Virus record (IMG/VR): IMGVR_UViG_2751185836_000001
Direction: 5' to 3' (one strand)
Source of the DNA: a virus
Lineage: Duplodnaviria; Heunggongvirae; Uroviricota; Caudoviricetes
Length of the DNA: 16,615 nt
Shown here: piece after piece, positions 14,955-16,615 of the stretch
Position numbering within the stretch: the stretch's first letter is position 1
Layout: every line of letters begins with the position of its first letter
Translations under genes and position numbers: made by a program
The notes under the pieces: generated by a model
Database searches by the model: none
What the model was told of the DNA's origin: nothing
Seen by the model: the letters and a program-made list of their open reading frames with translations, nothing else

Positions 14955-15170
14955 ATGGAAGAGGCTCATAAGAATACCAAGAACAGGCCTTTAGGAGCAT
15001 ACTACTCACTGGAAAACTGGCTGTATAACCAGAAAGACAAGGATACGAAAACGAAATCATCGATGCTCTGGGGAGGCCTTTGGATACTGAAAGAAATGGG
15101 GATCATCACTTGGGATGAAATGAGGACGATGTATGGAGAGTTTATGAGTAAAGAGATGGGGCTGAGATAG
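14955..15170 (+). CDS. Small hypothetical protein
   Basis: AAGGAGGAG upstream of ATG 14955; 71 aa. Confidence 0.68.
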   Translation: MEEAHKNTKNRPLGAYYSLENWLYNQKDKDTKTKSSMLWGGLWILKEMGIITWDEMRTMYGEFMSKEMGLR

Positions 15171-15194
15171 AATTATATTTATCATTACTGAGAA

Positions 15195-15218
15195 GGCGGA
15201 ACCTGGTTCCGCCATTTT
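15195..15218 (+). terminator. Intrinsic terminator, copy 3 of the GCGGAACCTGGTTCCGC repeat
   Basis: GGCGGAACCTGGTTCCGCC (15195-15213) followed by ATTTT, after the stop at 15170. Confidence 0.65.
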
Positions 15219-15310
15219 GTATTTCTTGCGTTTAAGTGTACTACCATATTTATTTACCATGGAATAAAAGAAAAAGGAGATTATTATGCTGATCAGTAAA
15301 AATAGTAATA

Positions 15311-16615
15311 ATGAATATGGCTGATTTTGAAAATGATGAAATCTTGAAGTATGCGATTGAGCATGATATGATTGATATGTCATATATGCAACAGCAAATA
15401 GAAATGAATAAGCGTCAAGAGTTATTGGAAAAGCATCCTTATTCAATTTGGGAAGGAAAAGATGGGAATTGGTATACTCATTTGCCAGATGAAAAAAAAG
15501 GACGCATTTTACGAAAACGGAAAACACAAGATGCGATTGAAAAGGTTGTCTGTGACTATTGGAAAAATACGGAGGTGAAGAAAGAAAAAGAAGTATTTTC
15601 AGGTATGACTTTACTGGAATTATTTCCTAAATGGTTACGTTTTAAAGCAGCAAGGACAAATTCAACTTCTTATATAAAGAGAATTACGGCTGATTGGAGT
15701 AGATTTTATATAAATAATGAGATAATCAATAAAAGGATACAGTCGTTGAATAAGATTTATTTGGATACATGGGCGCATACTATGATAAAAGAATACTCAT
15801 TAACGAAAAAATCTTATTATAATATGTCCATAATCTTACGACAGTGCTTGGATTATGCTGTAGAATGTGGTGCGTTAGAAAAAAATGTATTCCGGGAAGT
15901 TGTGATAAATAAAAAGCTGTTTGTACGGAAAAAGAAACCAGATGCATCAACTCAGGTATACACTACATCCGAAACACCAAAAATCATTAATGAAATGATA
16001 AGACGGTATCGTAACAATCCACGAAACACAGCTCCATTGGCTGTAATTCTTTGTTTTGAAACCGGAGTAAGAATAGGTGAGTTGGTCTGCATCAAGATGT
16101 CGGATATACATGGAAATTACATTCGGGTTCAAAGGCAAGAAGTGAGAGATTTTGCATATGTATCGGAAACGCAAATGACGTTTAATGGCTTCCGTGTTGT
16201 TGAGTATACAAAGTCAAGTGATGAATACAGAGACGTTTATTTAACGGAAACAGCCAAATATATTATCAATTTCGTTCAACAAGTTAATGAACTATACGGA
16301 AATAAATATGATGATTATTTGTTTGTCTTTGGGGAAAAGAGAATAAATCATTATGGAATACAAACGCAAATATTGCGTGGATGTAAACATATTATGATCC
16401 CAACAAAGACAGCGCATAAAATCCGAAAAACATACATTTCTGCTTTGATTGATGCCGGAGTAAATATTGATGAAGTAAGGCGCGTTGCAGGGCATGCAGA
16501 TGAAAGAACAACTTATGAAAATTATTGCTTCAATAGAGAGACAGAAGAAGAAACAAACGAAAAGATAGAAAAAGCGCTTAATAATAAATTGGTAACCAAA
16601 AGTAACCAATTTTAG
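15311..16615 (+). CDS. int: Tyrosine recombinase / phage-type integrase
   Basis: ETGVRIGEL (R), EYTK (K), HKIRKTY (HxxR), AGHADERTTYENY (H...Y); N-terminal arm-binding-like region and SAM-like core-binding region; stop TAG at 16613-16615. Confidence 0.92.
   Translation: MNMADFENDEILKYAIEHDMIDMSYMQQQIEMNKRQELLEKHPYSIWEGKDGNWYTHLPDEKKGRILRKRKTQDAIEKVVCDYWKNTEVKKEKEVFSGMTLLELFPKWLRFKAARTNSTSYIKRITADWSRFYINNEIINKRIQSLNKIYLDTWAHTMIKEYSLTKKSYYNMSIILRQCLDYAVECGALEKNVFREVVINKKLFVRKKKPDASTQVYTTSETPKIINEMIRRYRNNPRNTAPLAVILCFETGVRIGELVCIKMSDIHGNYIRVQRQEVRDFAYVSETQMTFNGFRVVEYTKSSDEYRDVYLTETAKYIINFVQQVNELYGNKYDDYLFVFGEKRINHYGIQTQILRGCKHIMIPTKTAHKIRKTYISALIDAGVNIDEVRRVAGHADERTTYENYCFNRETEEETNEKIEKALNNKLVTKSNQF

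Larger units (their letters stand above)
1..16615. mobile_element. Accessory region of a prophage/ICE-like element (boundaries not visible except possibly the integrase end)
   Basis: Tyrosine integrase, DNA MTase, Mom-like pseudogene, TnpB/Cas12f derivative and many short hypothetical ORFs in terminator-bounded cassettes; no core housekeeping genes. Confidence 0.65.

Noticed and set aside
409-16609. Numerous antisense and alternative-frame ORFs in the track (e.g. 409-777, 7316-7924, 11195-11857, 15057-15527)
   Set aside because: They are shadows of better-supported genes, with no RBS or recognisable motifs.

Overview
Gene-dense accessory region of a large mobile element (prophage- or ICE-like, most likely from a Clostridia/Lachnospiraceae-type Firmicute; host is inferred). 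There are no virion, conjugation or housekeeping genes. It runs from the 3' end of a DNA adenine methyltransferase through an HTH-RNase HI fusion, a tRNA-like element, a lipoprotein and many small hypotheticals to a tyrosine integrase. Three things stand out. (1) A stand-alone, minimised homolog of the N-terminal clamp of RNA polymerase beta' (5574-6767, minus) keeps the sigma-binding clamp helices but lacks the zinc-binding domain and the whole catalytic part. It is co-transcribed with an XRE-HTH protein from a near-consensus sigmaA promoter overlaid with palindromic operator-like sites. (2) A Cas12f/TnpB-like gene (9189-10603) has RuvC-I D->A and RuvC-II E->Q, a cleanly deleted zinc finger and a single frameshift, so it looks like a nuclease-dead RNA-guided protein. 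(3) Two dispersed copies of an ~80-nt structured motif (3206-3286, 8360-8442) show compensatory changes and a conserved pseudoknot, resembling orphan IS200/IS605 right-end (omega/re) RNAs. All family assignments come from motif recognition and recalled reference sequences; no database search was run.
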